From the NCBI GenBank assembly GCA_965204345.1, contig OZ241981.1, forward strand, positions 768,001-832,000: DNA of 64,000 nucleotides, given 5' to 3'. Within the stretch, counting starts at the first letter, position 1. Every line of letters begins with the position of its first letter. Made by a program: the position numbers and the translations under genes. Positions 19,790 through 29,672 of this stretch are shown in pieces. The DNA is from Nitrosopumilus sp. GTDB lineage: Archaea > Thermoproteota > Nitrososphaeria > Nitrososphaerales > Nitrosopumilaceae. The notes beneath the pieces were generated by a model. It saw only the letters and a program-made list of their open reading frames with translations, searched no databases and was not told where the DNA came from.

Positions 19790-20931
19790 TGTTATTTTCA
19801 CATATTTCAGACATGCATTTGGGACTGGTTCAATACGGTTCAGAGGAACGGACCCAGGATGTCTATGAGGTATTTAACCAGTCAATTGACACGTCAATAA
19901 AGGATCATGTAGATTTTGTAATTTTTGCAGGAGATATGTTTCATGTTCCAAATCCAGACGGAAGCGCAGTTATTCAAATGGCCAATGCGCTAAAGAGACT
20001 AAAACAGAACAGTATTGATTCGTTTTTTATTTTAGGCGAACATGACATTAGCAGAATCAGGACAACGCCAATACCATATGTATATCATAATTTAGGATTC
20101 TCAAAATACATTGGTCAGGGAAGGCCAATAGAGTACAAGGGAATAATCTTAGCGGGGTTTGATAAAATTAGAAAGGCAGAGATTCCACAGTATGAAGAAA
20201 AATTTGCTGCAATAGACAAATCCATTCAAAATCATTCAGGACACAAAATTTTGGTTTTACATCAGGGAATTACAGAATTTAACAAATTTGCAGCAGAAAT
20301 ACAGTCAACTGACTTGCCAAAAAACTTTACATATTATGCAATGGGGCATCTTCACGATAAAGATGTCAGACAGTTTAATCATCTTGATGGGCCGGTTGCA
20401 TATCCAGGATCAATAGAATTAACAAATAATGAAGTGATAAAGGAAACCAAAAAAGGATTCTTCGAGGTAGATATTTCAGGAAAAGATGCAATTCCAAACT
20501 GGATTGAACTAGATGCAAGGCCTCAAATTTCATTTAAAACAGAATATCAAGAACTGTCAAAAACAATCGACAAAATCGCTGAAAAAATAACAGGCTGCAA
20601 AAAACAGCCGGTAGTAGAAATAAGAATTCATGGAGAAAACATAGAAACAGATCACATACAGGCACAGATTGCAAGGCTAAATTCATTGGCTTTAAGATGT
20701 TTTTGGAGAGTAGCTACAAAACAGATTTCTGATTCATCAGTATTTCTAGATAGGCCAAATGTGATAGATGATGAAATGTATAGACTGTCAACTGAAATCC
20801 TAGGTTCGGAACAAACGGCAAAATTTGCAATCAAAGAGTTGCTTCCAGTCTTAGCATCAAAGGAAATTAACGAAGCAACACAGATGGTTTTTGAAAATTT
20901 TGAGGAATTCAAAAGGGAGAAAGAATCATGA
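19789..20931 (+). CDS. mre11: DNA repair nuclease Mre11
   Basis: HISDMHLG, AGDMFH, GEHD, LHQ, MGHLH, YPGS; start moved to ATG at 19789. Confidence 0.92.
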   Translation: MLFSHISDMHLGLVQYGSEERTQDVYEVFNQSIDTSIKDHVDFVIFAGDMFHVPNPDGSAVIQMANALKRLKQNSIDSFFILGEHDISRIRTTPIPYVYHNLGFSKYIGQGRPIEYKGIILAGFDKIRKAEIPQYEEKFAAIDKSIQNHSGHKILVLHQGITEFNKFAAEIQSTDLPKNFTYYAMGHLHDKDVRQFNHLDGPVAYPGSIELTNNEVIKETKKGFFEVDISGKDAIPNWIELDARPQISFKTEYQELSKTIDKIAEKITGCKKQPVVEIRIHGENIETDHIQAQIARLNSLALRCFWRVATKQISDSSVFLDRPNVIDDEMYRLSTEILGSEQTAKFAIKELLPVLASKEINEATQMVFENFEEFKREKES

Positions 20932-22988
20932 TTACATCTATTGAGTTGGTAGATTTTTTATCTCATACAAATACAAAATTAGAGTTTGAAAATGGGGTTA
21001 CAGTATTTGTGGGCGAAAACGGTGCAGGAAAATCAAGCATTATTGATGCAATCACATTTGCACTATTTGGCCAGCACACAAGAAGAACAAATAAAGGATT
21101 GGTTAAGCGAGGTTCAAACCAAGGATTTGCCAGAATAAATTTTGCAGTTAACAACAAACAGTTTGAGGCAGTTAGGAAAATAGATAGCAAAGGAACACTT
21201 GCAGCAAAGCTTACAGAGATTATAGAAAATGAACGGACAGAAATTGCAGCAGGGGAAAGAAGGCAGTTTGGAGAATCAATGACGCACAAGGTTGAAGAAA
21301 TAATTGGCTTGGATTTTGAAAAATTAAAAATTGCCTCCATTGTCCAGCAAGGAGAGCTAAATGCAATCATCAATGCCAAACCCAAAGAATTCAAAGAATT
21401 GCTAAATGCGATAATTGGAATTGACAAGCTAGACATAGCATCAGAGGCAATGAAAACAGTCAACAGAGAATTTCGTGAAAAGATAAGAGAACAGACAGGC
21501 CATGACGATACACATATTGAAGTTTTAAGCAGGGATTTAGAAAAGTATCAAAAGGAAATTACAGAATCAAAACCACAAAAAGAGGAATTACAAGCTAGAA
21601 AAACAACGCTACAAGAAAAAATACAAGAACTAGGAAAAAAAATAGAAACAGAAACGCCAAAAATTGATAAAATTAGCCAGTTAGAATCCAGAAAGAAAGA
21701 GCTTCAAGCATATGCAAAAGAAGCAATATCAAAAGTCCAGCAAGAGATTAAGGAAAATGAGCATAAAATTCGTGACTGCAAGGATTGCTTTGATGCGGTA
21801 CTATTAAAGGAAGATTTGGAATCCAAGATGAAAAAAACAGAAGAGGCAGTCAGCGATACAGCAAGAGAAATACAGGAGAAAACAAATCAGGTAACATCAT
21901 TAAAAGAGAAATTATCACTTGCATCTAAATTACAATTAAAGAATAACAGATGTCCAGTCTGTGATTCGTATGTTGACAAACTAAATCCGCTATTTCAAGA
22001 AGAACACATACGGCAAGAAATTCTCAAATTACAAAATGAAATTACATCAAAAGAAAAGGAAAGAGCAGTATATGAACAAAAAAGGAAGGAATTTTCTGAA
22101 AAATTACAGAAATCACGGAATGCAGAAACGACACTGAGAGCTTATTCAATAAAAAATAAGGAAGAACTGATTGAAATTCAAAAAAACATAGGAATAAAAA
22201 AAGAAAAGATATCACTAACAGTAAACGGAAGCTTAAATGAAATAGCAACCATAGATTCACATGCAAGTATGATTTTTGAAAATATTTCAAGATTAGAAAC
22301 AGAAACTGAGGGATTTGATGAACGGGAATTTGCCAGCCTTAGAAGAGAAGCTAATGAAAAACAACTTAGTTTGTCCCAAATAGATCAAGAAATGGGGGCA
22401 ATTTCAGAAAAAATTGCCAAAGGCGAAAAAGAAATAGATGCAATTGCAAAAACAATTGATGAATTAAAAACTGTAAAAGACTATGTGAAAAACCTTAACG
22501 AAATTCAAACAAATATTTTCAGCAGGGATGGTCCGGTAGCAACCAGCCTTAGATCATGGGCACTAAACACAATCTCGGCAAAAGCTTCTGAACACCTCAG
22601 ATCACTGAATACAAAAATTCAGAGGATTCTACTATCAGAAAAAGCAAGGGATATCTCAATAACATGCTACTCAAAAAAAGAAGATTTGGAGTTAGAGTCA
22701 CTTAGTGGGGGAGAAAAGGTTAGTGTGGCACTAGCATTGCGATTAGGCATGGCTAGCCTATTGGGAGCAGCATCAAATCTTAACTTGATGATTTTAGATG
22801 AACCTACGGCACACCTAGATACAGAAAGAAAAAAATCCCTGGTTGGAGTATTGTCTCAATTAAATTCAAATACAAGAATGCAGTTTTTGATTATTACACA
22901 TGATGAAGAAATACTTGAAGATTCTACAGTAGAACAAATTTATAAATTTGAAACATCTGAAGAAGGAAGTAACGTCATAGCGCTCTAG
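20928..22988 (+). CDS. rad50: DNA repair ATPase Rad50
   Basis: GENGAGKSS, QQGE Q-loop, coiled coil with CPVC zinc hook, LSGGE, ILDEPT, ITHD. Confidence 0.93.
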   Translation: MITSIELVDFLSHTNTKLEFENGVTVFVGENGAGKSSIIDAITFALFGQHTRRTNKGLVKRGSNQGFARINFAVNNKQFEAVRKIDSKGTLAAKLTEIIENERTEIAAGERRQFGESMTHKVEEIIGLDFEKLKIASIVQQGELNAIINAKPKEFKELLNAIIGIDKLDIASEAMKTVNREFREKIREQTGHDDTHIEVLSRDLEKYQKEITESKPQKEELQARKTTLQEKIQELGKKIETETPKIDKISQLESRKKELQAYAKEAISKVQQEIKENEHKIRDCKDCFDAVLLKEDLESKMKKTEEAVSDTAREIQEKTNQVTSLKEKLSLASKLQLKNNRCPVCDSYVDKLNPLFQEEHIRQEILKLQNEITSKEKERAVYEQKRKEFSEKLQKSRNAETTLRAYSIKNKEELIEIQKNIGIKKEKISLTVNGSLNEIATIDSHASMIFENISRLETETEGFDEREFASLRREANEKQLSLSQIDQEMGAISEKIAKGEKEIDAIAKTIDELKTVKDYVKNLNEIQTNIFSRDGPVATSLRSWALNTISAKASEHLRSLNTKIQRILLSEKARDISITCYSKKEDLELESLSGGEKVSVALALRLGMASLLGAASNLNLMILDEPTAHLDTERKKSLVGVLSQLNSNTRMQFLIITHDEEILEDSTVEQIYKFETSEEGSNVIAL

Positions 22989-23626
22989 CTAACATTAACA
23001 ATGCCGGTCATCCAAGGATGAACCACACAGTAATAATCAAAAGATCCTGTGTCATTGAATGCAATTTCAAATGTTTCACCTGCTAGAAGTAGGCCCGAAT
23101 CAAAGATGCCATCACCACGATTCTCAGCAGTACCACTAGTTACGGTATGAGCTGCAGAATCATTATTATCCCAAGATACAGTTGCTCCAGCTGCTACATT
23201 AATTTTATAAGGCAAATAACATTCATTGGTATCTTCACATCCTAGAACAGCACTACCTGCAGGAATAGAAACATTTGTAGATAACGATGGTGATTCAGAT
23301 TCTGTTCCTAAAACAGCACATTCGCCTGAATGATTTAATTTAACACCAGCGGCATTTAACAGACATTCATTGTGATAGGTCTTACCATCAACACCGCACA
23401 TGGGATCCAATTTCAGGAAACGAACCTGCTCATCGACTCTCATCCCCATGTCACGATGATCGAATTTTTCCCAACATTGCCGGTCAGAGGCAGAAGATTT
23501 TTCGTCAGACATCATTGTTCTTGATTCAATAATATGATCAGGATCCATTGAAATGAACCCTATGGAAATTGCGGCAAGAACTCCAACTATGGCTATTATT
23601 CCATAAGAAAAATTCACATCATCCAC
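22985..23626 (-). CDS. Membrane-anchored Kazal-domain / plastocyanin-like blue copper protein
   Basis: N-terminal TM, Kazal-like PMCGVDGKTY.N.C...H.GEC, cupredoxin W.N.D..AHTVTSG...YYCVVHPWM. Confidence 0.85.
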   Translation of the reverse strand: MDDVNFSYGIIAIVGVLAAISIGFISMDPDHIIESRTMMSDEKSSASDRQCWEKFDHRDMGMRVDEQVRFLKLDPMCGVDGKTYHNECLLNAAGVKLNHSGECAVLGTESESPSLSTNVSIPAGSAVLGCEDTNECYLPYKINVAAGATVSWDNNDSAAHTVTSGTAENRGDGIFDSGLLLAGETFEIAFNDTGSFDYYCVVHPWMTGIVNVS

Positions 23627-24107
23627 CCGTTAATTTTGCAAACTTTTCATTCTTGCTCAGCTTTTCCATAAACTCAATGTTGGATAGTGCAACAACAGCA
23701 GATTCGACGACTGGTTTTTCAGGATCGTTTAATGCCTGTTCTAAAGCATGTTTTGCTTCTTTAGAACCTACGACTCCTAAAGCGATTGCAGCCTCATGGC
23801 GCACAAACATACTGGAATCATTAAGAGTAGCATCAACTAAAGGAGGAATGGCGCTAGAATAAGACATCTGGCCTAATGAAAAGGCAGCCTCATGGCGCAC
23901 CAGTTCATTCTCATCATTTTTTAAAACTTTGGAAATATGCGAAATTTTATCCTCTCCACCAAAATCAACCAAAATGCAGGTAGCTCTTGTTCTAACAACA
24001 TAATCAGGATGTTCTAAAAGAGAGACAAAGTATTCAGTGTCATGCTGTTCATACCTGGATTCCATCTCAGCAAAAAGTGCCAATCTATCATCAGTTACTG
24101 CTTGCAT
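23619..24107 (-). CDS. HEAT (PBS lyase-like) repeat protein
   Basis: Repeated VRHEAA..LG motifs. Confidence 0.85.
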   Translation of the reverse strand: MQAVTDDRLALFAEMESRYEQHDTEYFVSLLEHPDYVVRTRATCILVDFGGEDKISHISKVLKNDENELVRHEAAFSLGQMSYSSAIPPLVDATLNDSSMFVRHEAAIALGVVGSKEAKHALEQALNDPEKPVVESAVVALSNIEFMEKLSKNEKFAKLTGG

Positions 24108-24376
24108 TTTGCTTTGAACCTTTTTGCGTCCTATATTAGGTTACTCAAATCAAAGTTAATGATAAGAGTATTTTTGCATCAGTTAATTTGTTGATTTTTT
24201 TAGCATTTAAAACTGAACCATTCAACATCAAAAAAACAGCAACATACAAGAGAAATAGATGTAAGCTAAAAAAAAAGAACGGGATCAAGTAGGCACACAA
24301 TAGGGAAAAAGCAGATCAGATATCATCATAAGCATATTCAGTATGTATTTAATAGAAAAAATTCAAGAATTTGTTA

Positions 24377-25042
24377 ATGAGTATAGCAATAGGTGAAAAA
24401 ACACCAAATTTTGGGGTTTCCGAATGGGTTCAAGGAGCTCCTACAAACTTTGATCAAGAAAAGGATCACATAGTCTTGCTAGAAGTATTTCAAGTAAATT
24501 GTCCAGGGTGTTTTATGCATGCAATTCCAGAAGCAATTGAGATCTATAACAAGTACAAGGATGAGGGAGTCAGAGTTTTGGGACTAGCTACTGCTTTTGA
24601 AGATTTTGACAAAAATACATTGGAGAATTTGAAAATGCTTGCAGAAACAGGCGAAGTGATAGGGGAAACAAGGGATGCGCTTTTGGCATACGGCCAACTG
24701 CAGGAAGGAAACAGACTATCCTTTAAAATTCCATTTCCATTAGGAATGGATAATCTTATGAAAACATCAGGAGAAATAAGCCAAGAGAAAATCATGGAGT
24801 TCATATATCCACAAGTTCCAGAATTTGACTCGCAACCAGAAGAATACAAAAATCAGATAATTGAAAAAGTAAAGGGATACATGAAGTCAAAAGAATATTC
24901 AGCTGAAACATTTGAAAAATTTTCGCTAAGAGGTACTCCTTCAACCATACTAGTCGACAGAAAAGGAATTCTCAGGGATGTATCATTTGGACAGACAGGC
25001 AATATGGATGGCATGATTCAAAAATTAATCAATGAACGATAA
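24377..25042 (+). CDS. Thioredoxin-fold (TlpA/peroxiredoxin-like) redox protein
   Basis: FQVNCPGC, GTPS..LVD.KG. Confidence 0.8.
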   Translation: MSIAIGEKTPNFGVSEWVQGAPTNFDQEKDHIVLLEVFQVNCPGCFMHAIPEAIEIYNKYKDEGVRVLGLATAFEDFDKNTLENLKMLAETGEVIGETRDALLAYGQLQEGNRLSFKIPFPLGMDNLMKTSGEISQEKIMEFIYPQVPEFDSQPEEYKNQIIEKVKGYMKSKEYSAETFEKFSLRGTPSTILVDRKGILRDVSFGQTGNMDGMIQKLINER

Positions 25043-25127
25043 ATCATCTAATCAACACAAGGAATAAAGAAAGCAACACTACAACTGCAAACCCACTGAT
25101 TAAAGCAATTTTTGCATTATCCATAAA

Positions 25128-25682
25128 TCATTTTCTTCTCTTTATTTTCATTACAAGAAATACTACAACAATAACAATAAGAACGCCAATCACAATTAAC
25201 AAGTATGATGGATTATCAGAATCTGTTTCGTCTTGTAATGACTGTGGTTTTTGCTCCATTGGATTTTCTTTATCATCAGAATCAACAAGAGAACTAGTTC
25301 CAAAAATTTCAAGAGAATTATCTCCAGAACCAGTAAAATTCAAGGTTACAAAAGAGATGGTTTGAGTAGTACGAGTGATTGGCATGTATTTTTCACCGTT
25401 TAGATAAAATGTCAGGTTACCTCCTAAAAGATTTTGAGGCAGAACAAGGTCGCCTAAATTATTTTCCAAACTGCTAGAAATGAAAAGTGTTAGTCTCTTT
25501 TCATCATTACTAAAGTCAAAATCAGAAACATGAAAATTAGATACTAATTTTACTTCAAAATTATGTCCGCCGGATTGAACATCCAATCTATTTACAAATC
25601 CAGTAGAATCAGATAATGGCTGACCATATACAGGAATTGCAACGACAAACAATAAAATACAGGCTAGAAAAAACGCTTTCAA
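25128..25682 (-). CDS. Putative exported protein with C-terminal membrane anchor
   Basis: Signal-peptide-like N-terminus, beta-rich middle, C-terminal TM helix plus KIKRRK. Confidence 0.75.
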   Translation of the reverse strand: MKAFFLACILLFVVAIPVYGQPLSDSTGFVNRLDVQSGGHNFEVKLVSNFHVSDFDFSNDEKRLTLFISSSLENNLGDLVLPQNLLGGNLTFYLNGEKYMPITRTTQTISFVTLNFTGSGDNSLEIFGTSSLVDSDDKENPMEQKPQSLQDETDSDNPSYLLIVIGVLIVIVVVFLVMKIKRRK

Positions 25683-25683
25683 T

Positions 25684-26139
25684 TTACGCAGTACTAGAAA
25701 TTCTTTTGTTTAGTTCTTTATCTTGAGCAATTCTAGGATGATCGGGATCGGCCAGAATAACTTCAAACCAGTAATGCTTTCCGTCTTTGTATACAAAATA
25801 AGAGCCTAAAAGTTTCATGTTAGGGTATCTCTGCAAAACTCTTCTATTGGCAACAGTCTTCATATTATCATCAGCCTTGATTCGTGTAACACCAAGATGT
25901 TTTGGTCTTCTACCGCCAGTGGGCCTTTGTTTTCTCATACCACCAGTACCTACTCTCATTCTAACAATAATAATTCCTTGTTTAGCCTTATACCCTAATC
26001 TTCTAGCTCGCTGCAATCTACTAGGCTTGTCAATACGAGTAACTGCATTTTGTTTGCGCCATCCAACTATACGTTCACGTATTTCAGGAGAATTTTCTTT
26101 CCAAAGTCTAATCCACGTTTGATCCTGATAAGTAGGCAT
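25684..26139 (-). CDS. rpl15e: 50S ribosomal protein L15e
   Basis: RI.KP.R..RAR.LGYKAKQG, GRRPK, L.GSY.V..DG...W.EVIL.DP.HP; start moved to MPTYQD. Confidence 0.93.
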   Translation of the reverse strand: MPTYQDQTWIRLWKENSPEIRERIVGWRKQNAVTRIDKPSRLQRARRLGYKAKQGIIIVRMRVGTGGMRKQRPTGGRRPKHLGVTRIKADDNMKTVANRRVLQRYPNMKLLGSYFVYKDGKHYWFEVILADPDHPRIAQDKELNKRISSTA

Positions 26140-26355
26140 ATTCGTGAGTAGAAAATCCCCTTTAATAACTGTAAATCGAGAAGCAAACCTGAGCAACGCT
26201 AATGAATAAAAATTTCCTTGAGCGAGGTCACAGTCCATACACTCAAAGATTTGTTTCCGCAGAAAACCCTATAAATCAAGCAGACTCCAGTTATTAAAAA
26301 AGATTTCTCAGTAGCAATTTGAGATTTTTATTAAGCATGACAAATTTAAGAAAAG

Positions 26356-27012
26356 ATGAAGATCAAAATAACAGCATTACTAATTTTGTTTACAGGAATT
26401 TTTATAGCAATGCCACAGGTCCATGCAGAGCCAACAGTTTTGATAACTATGGAAAAAACAACATATGTCTATTGTGAAAAATTATTCTATACAATTAATG
26501 TTTCAGAGATTACAGGAGATCCTGCAATTATCCACATTACTGATGAAACAGGTAAAAAAAGCAGTGCAATTCCAATAGCAATCACGGAACTACAAAATCC
26601 AATTCCATCATTAATTCCATTTGAAGCAGAAATATTCCCACTGGGAAAATATGTAATAGATATCCAGTATTCAGGAGCAACGACTTTTGCTGAATTTGAA
26701 TTAATCGAATCAGAATCCATCTGCATACCAGAGTTGATAAAACCAATAATGGCCAACTGGTTGTCTGGAAACATTTCAGACGGATTTCTTTTAGATGCAT
26801 TTCAAAAATATGTGGATGTAAAATTAATCAATGTGCCATTTGAAATTAATGAAACTAACGTATATGATGTCAATATCCCAACATGGATAAAAAACATCGG
26901 ATATTGGTGGATAGAAGGCGCAATATCGGATGATAATTTTTCAGATGCAATAAATAATTTGCTAGAAAGAAATATCATAGGATTGCATGTTGAAGGAAAA
27001 AATGAAATATGA
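26356..27012 (+). CDS. Putative exported protein with thaumarchaeal IPxWIKN..WW..G.ISD C-terminal motif
   Basis: Signal peptide ending HA-E; IPTWIKNIGYWWIEGAISDDNF. Confidence 0.75.
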   Translation: MKIKITALLILFTGIFIAMPQVHAEPTVLITMEKTTYVYCEKLFYTINVSEITGDPAIIHITDETGKKSSAIPIAITELQNPIPSLIPFEAEIFPLGKYVIDIQYSGATTFAEFELIESESICIPELIKPIMANWLSGNISDGFLLDAFQKYVDVKLINVPFEINETNVYDVNIPTWIKNIGYWWIEGAISDDNFSDAINNLLERNIIGLHVEGKNEI

Positions 27013-27524
27013 ACAAGTATTCAATCATTACAATTGTTGCCATCATAGTAATTGTAGCACCCTTTGCTCATTGGGGATTAAGCGTTATTGGAATACAGCA
27101 ATTAGAATATAGATGGGATAGCCCAGGAGAATTTACATTTTTTACAATGTCTAATCATGGAAAGATCGAATTTTGTAATACAATCCCATTTTGGATAAGT
27201 TTTGAAAGATTGGAAATTGCAACATTTTTTGAAGATAAGCATTTAGGATCATTTTCAACAGGACCAATCACAATAAACCCATTATCATCAACGGTGCAAG
27301 AAGGAAAATTCACATCAGAGGCAATATCGGCATCCCAACATGTGTTTATGACATTAGATTTTGAATTTGATGGGGGAGATATCAGACTAGACCCCAATCA
27401 ACTTATAGTCATAACACAGACACATATGCCAATTTTAGGAATAATCCCATATTCAACTACAAAACAAATGACAGGGTTTGACTTTGATCAAATAATGAAT
27501 TCCGAAGATTTACTTTGTAATTAG
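27009..27524 (+). CDS. Hypothetical membrane-anchored protein
   Basis: N-terminal hydrophobic helix; 4-bp overlap with upstream gene. Confidence 0.7.
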   Translation: MNKYSIITIVAIIVIVAPFAHWGLSVIGIQQLEYRWDSPGEFTFFTMSNHGKIEFCNTIPFWISFERLEIATFFEDKHLGSFSTGPITINPLSSTVQEGKFTSEAISASQHVFMTLDFEFDGGDIRLDPNQLIVITQTHMPILGIIPYSTTKQMTGFDFDQIMNSEDLLCN

Positions 27525-27665
27525 TTTTTTTTACTTGCCTTGGAAATCAAGATTAGAAGAATTCCAACAAGACCTGCAATAATAAATGCCACAATTAAAC
27601 TGATAACCAATTCTTTACCCATTTCCCCTGCAGAAAAATCAGAAGAATGAGATGTTGAATCAATC

Positions 27666-27806
27666 ACACATTCATCGTCTTTGAGAATTGTGCCAGGACC
27701 GCATCGTTCATCTAAAACACATTCATCGTCTTTGAGAATTGTGCCAGGACCGCATCGTTCATCTAAAACACATTCATCGTCTTTGAGAATTGTGCCAGGA
27801 CCGCAT
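27666..27806. repeat. 51-bp tandem repeat, about 2.8 copies, encoding CGPGTILKDDECVLDER on the minus strand
   Basis: acacattcatcgtctttgagaattgtgccaggaccgcat recurs at 27666, 27717, 27768. Confidence 0.92.
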
Positions 27807-27930
27807 GGAGAAATGGTTTGAGATGCTTGGTCTGCTGCTGCTTGGTCTGCTGCTGCTTGGTCTGCTGCATGGAGAAATGGTTTGAGATGCTTGGTCTGCT
27901 GCTGCTTGGTCTGCTGCTGCTTGGTCTGCT
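27803..27930. repeat. 64-bp tandem duplication
   Basis: gcatggagaaatggtttgagatgcttggtctgct... starts at 27803 and again at 27867. Confidence 0.9.
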
Positions 27931-28070
27931 GCTGCTTGGTCTGCTGCTGCTTGGTCTGCTGCTGCTTGGTCTGCTGCTGCTTGGTCTGCTGCTGCTTGGT
28001 CTGCTGCTGCTTGGTCTGCTGCTGCTTGGTCTGCTGCTGCTTGGTCTGCTGCTGCTTGGTCTGCTGCTGC
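27889..28070. repeat. 15-bp perfect tandem repeat (gcttggtctgctgct) x12, encoding AAADQ on the minus strand
   Basis: Directly visible; three more units lie in the duplicated block at 27825-27866. Confidence 0.95.
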
Positions 28071-28671
28071 AGAGTCATCATCCATATCAATGCCAGAAGA
28101 TTCCCCAAACACAGAACCAATAATTTCTATTTCTTCAGTCCCAACAGGTAATTCAATATTCAAGGTTCTACTTTCAGAGGAGGTCTCAGTTTCTGAAAAG
28201 TTTACTTCATCACCATCAACTAAAATAAAAAAATCCTCGTCTAATCCATTAACAAGATTATCAAAGAAAGAACGATCAAATGTAATATCCAATGTGCCAC
28301 TAGAATCAGTTACATCAACAGTTAAAATTAATGAAGTGAAATCAGTATCAGCTTTAATGCCTGAAACGGTCATTCCAGTTACAGCATATTCGACATTAAA
28401 GGAAGTTCCATCCACATCAACAGACATTGTTTCAGCATATGCTAATGCAGTAGAAATAACAGTTACAAACAGGATTAATCCAAGGGAGATTTTTAGTAGA
28501 GAGTGGACACTTGGCAGATGAATGGATTTTTCTAAATACTGTTCCTTGACAGTGTAATTATTCATGTGTATATTTTGACCTCCGAACAAACGTTAAAAAT
28601 GAAGAGACGATAATAAATCACGTAAAAGTCAAGCTTTTTTGCTTATTTTTAAGATGTGCGTACAAGTTCTA

Positions 28672-29604
28672 CTAGATTACACCGCGAAGTATCTGGATAA
28701 TTTTCTCAGCAATAACATTTGCAGCCAAGGATTGGGCTTCTCTTGTTTGTGCGCCAATATGCGGAGTTAAAATGACATTATCCAATTCTGCCAGTTTTGT
28801 TCCAATCGCAGGTTCTTTTTCAAATACGTCCAAAGCAGCACCACCCAAGGTACCATTCTTTAGTGCACTGTATAATGCATCTTCATCAACAACACCACCC
28901 CTAGAAGTATTGATAATTTTGGCAGTCTTTTTCATAGTAGACATTTTTTCTGCATCTAGAAGATGATATGTAGAATCCAATAACGGAACATGTACTGAGA
29001 CATAATCAGAACTTTGAAGCAAAGTGTTCAGGTCAGCCTTCATTAGACCAACTTCTTTTGCAAATTCCTCATCAATGGGCATTACATCATAACCGATAAT
29101 ATTCATGTTAAGTGCACGAGCAAGTCGTCCAAGTCTTTTACCAATGTTTCCCAAACCGACAATGCCAAGATATTTCCCCTTTAGTTCTGTTCCTTTGAGT
29201 TCTTTTTTGAGCCATTGTCCATTTCTTATTGCCCTATCGCCCCTTGCAGTCTGTCTTGCAAGGGACAGCATCAAGCCTAAAACCAGTTCTGCAACAGCAT
29301 TCATTGCACCCTCAACAGCATTAATTACACGGATATCTTTGGTTTTGGCTGCCTCTTGATCTACATTATCTAAACCAACGCCAACGCGTGCGATAATCTT
29401 GCAATTACGAGCTTTTTCGATCATCTCTTTTGTTATGGTGGTTCTGCTTCTTACAATTACAATATTAAAGGCAGAAATTTTCTCTAGAATTTCTTCTTTG
29501 GTGATTTCAGGCTCGTATGAAACTTTGAGTCCATTGTCAACTAGGATTTTATTTAATATCGGATCTACTTCATCACAAATCAATACAGAATCATCAAAAC
29601 TCAT
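28672..29604 (-). CDS. D-isomer-specific 2-hydroxyacid dehydrogenase (SerA-like, no ACT domain)
   Basis: ARVGVGLDNVD, GIVGLGNIG, INTSRGGVVDE, AALDVFE.EP, TPHIGAQT. Confidence 0.9.
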   Translation of the reverse strand: MSFDDSVLICDEVDPILNKILVDNGLKVSYEPEITKEEILEKISAFNIVIVRSRTTITKEMIEKARNCKIIARVGVGLDNVDQEAAKTKDIRVINAVEGAMNAVAELVLGLMLSLARQTARGDRAIRNGQWLKKELKGTELKGKYLGIVGLGNIGKRLGRLARALNMNIIGYDVMPIDEEFAKEVGLMKADLNTLLQSSDYVSVHVPLLDSTYHLLDAEKMSTMKKTAKIINTSRGGVVDEDALYSALKNGTLGGAALDVFEKEPAIGTKLAELDNVILTPHIGAQTREAQSLAANVIAEKIIQILRGVI

Positions 29605-29672
29605 ACTAGCAAGAAATGATCAACAGAATATAATTCATTAAGAAAATAAAAAGAAAAAAAGATGTTAAAAGA

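Larger units (their letters stand above)
27521..28565 (-). pseudogene. Surface protein (signal peptide, beta domain, (AAADQ)n linker, 3 Cys-repeats, TM anchor) split by a frameshift
   Basis: 5' part in ORF 27774..28589, 3' part (CGPGTILKDDECV repeats + TM + KKN) in ORF 27521..28120; frames differ because of a 64-bp duplication (copies start 27803 and 27867). Could be an assembly artefact. Confidence 0.7.

Noticed and set aside
17424-22988. HerA plus nuclease as an anti-phage system
   Set aside because: It is the canonical archaeal nurA-herA-mre11-rad50 repair operon.
26140-26355. Possible ncRNA/tRNA in longer intergenic gaps (also 11466-11626 and 24108-24370)
   Set aside because: No cloverleaf, T-loop (GTTCRA) context or convincing C/D box pair seen by eye; an Infernal/tRNAscan-SE run would settle it.
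27666-28070. Tandem repeats as a CRISPR array
   Set aside because: Units are contiguous with no unique spacers, and periods (15, 51) are multiples of three within a coding region.
27870-28120. (QQQTK)n poly-glutamine N-terminus of track ORF 27521..28120
   Set aside because: Alternative frame of the same repeat; only the part after the 64-bp duplication is the true C-terminus.
27818-28151. Plus-strand ORFs reading (CCCLV)n and (LLLGL)n, superficially metallothionein- or membrane-peptide-like
   Set aside because: Antisense shadows of the 15-bp tandem repeat; the minus frame (AAADQ) is continuous with a signal-peptide-bearing protein.
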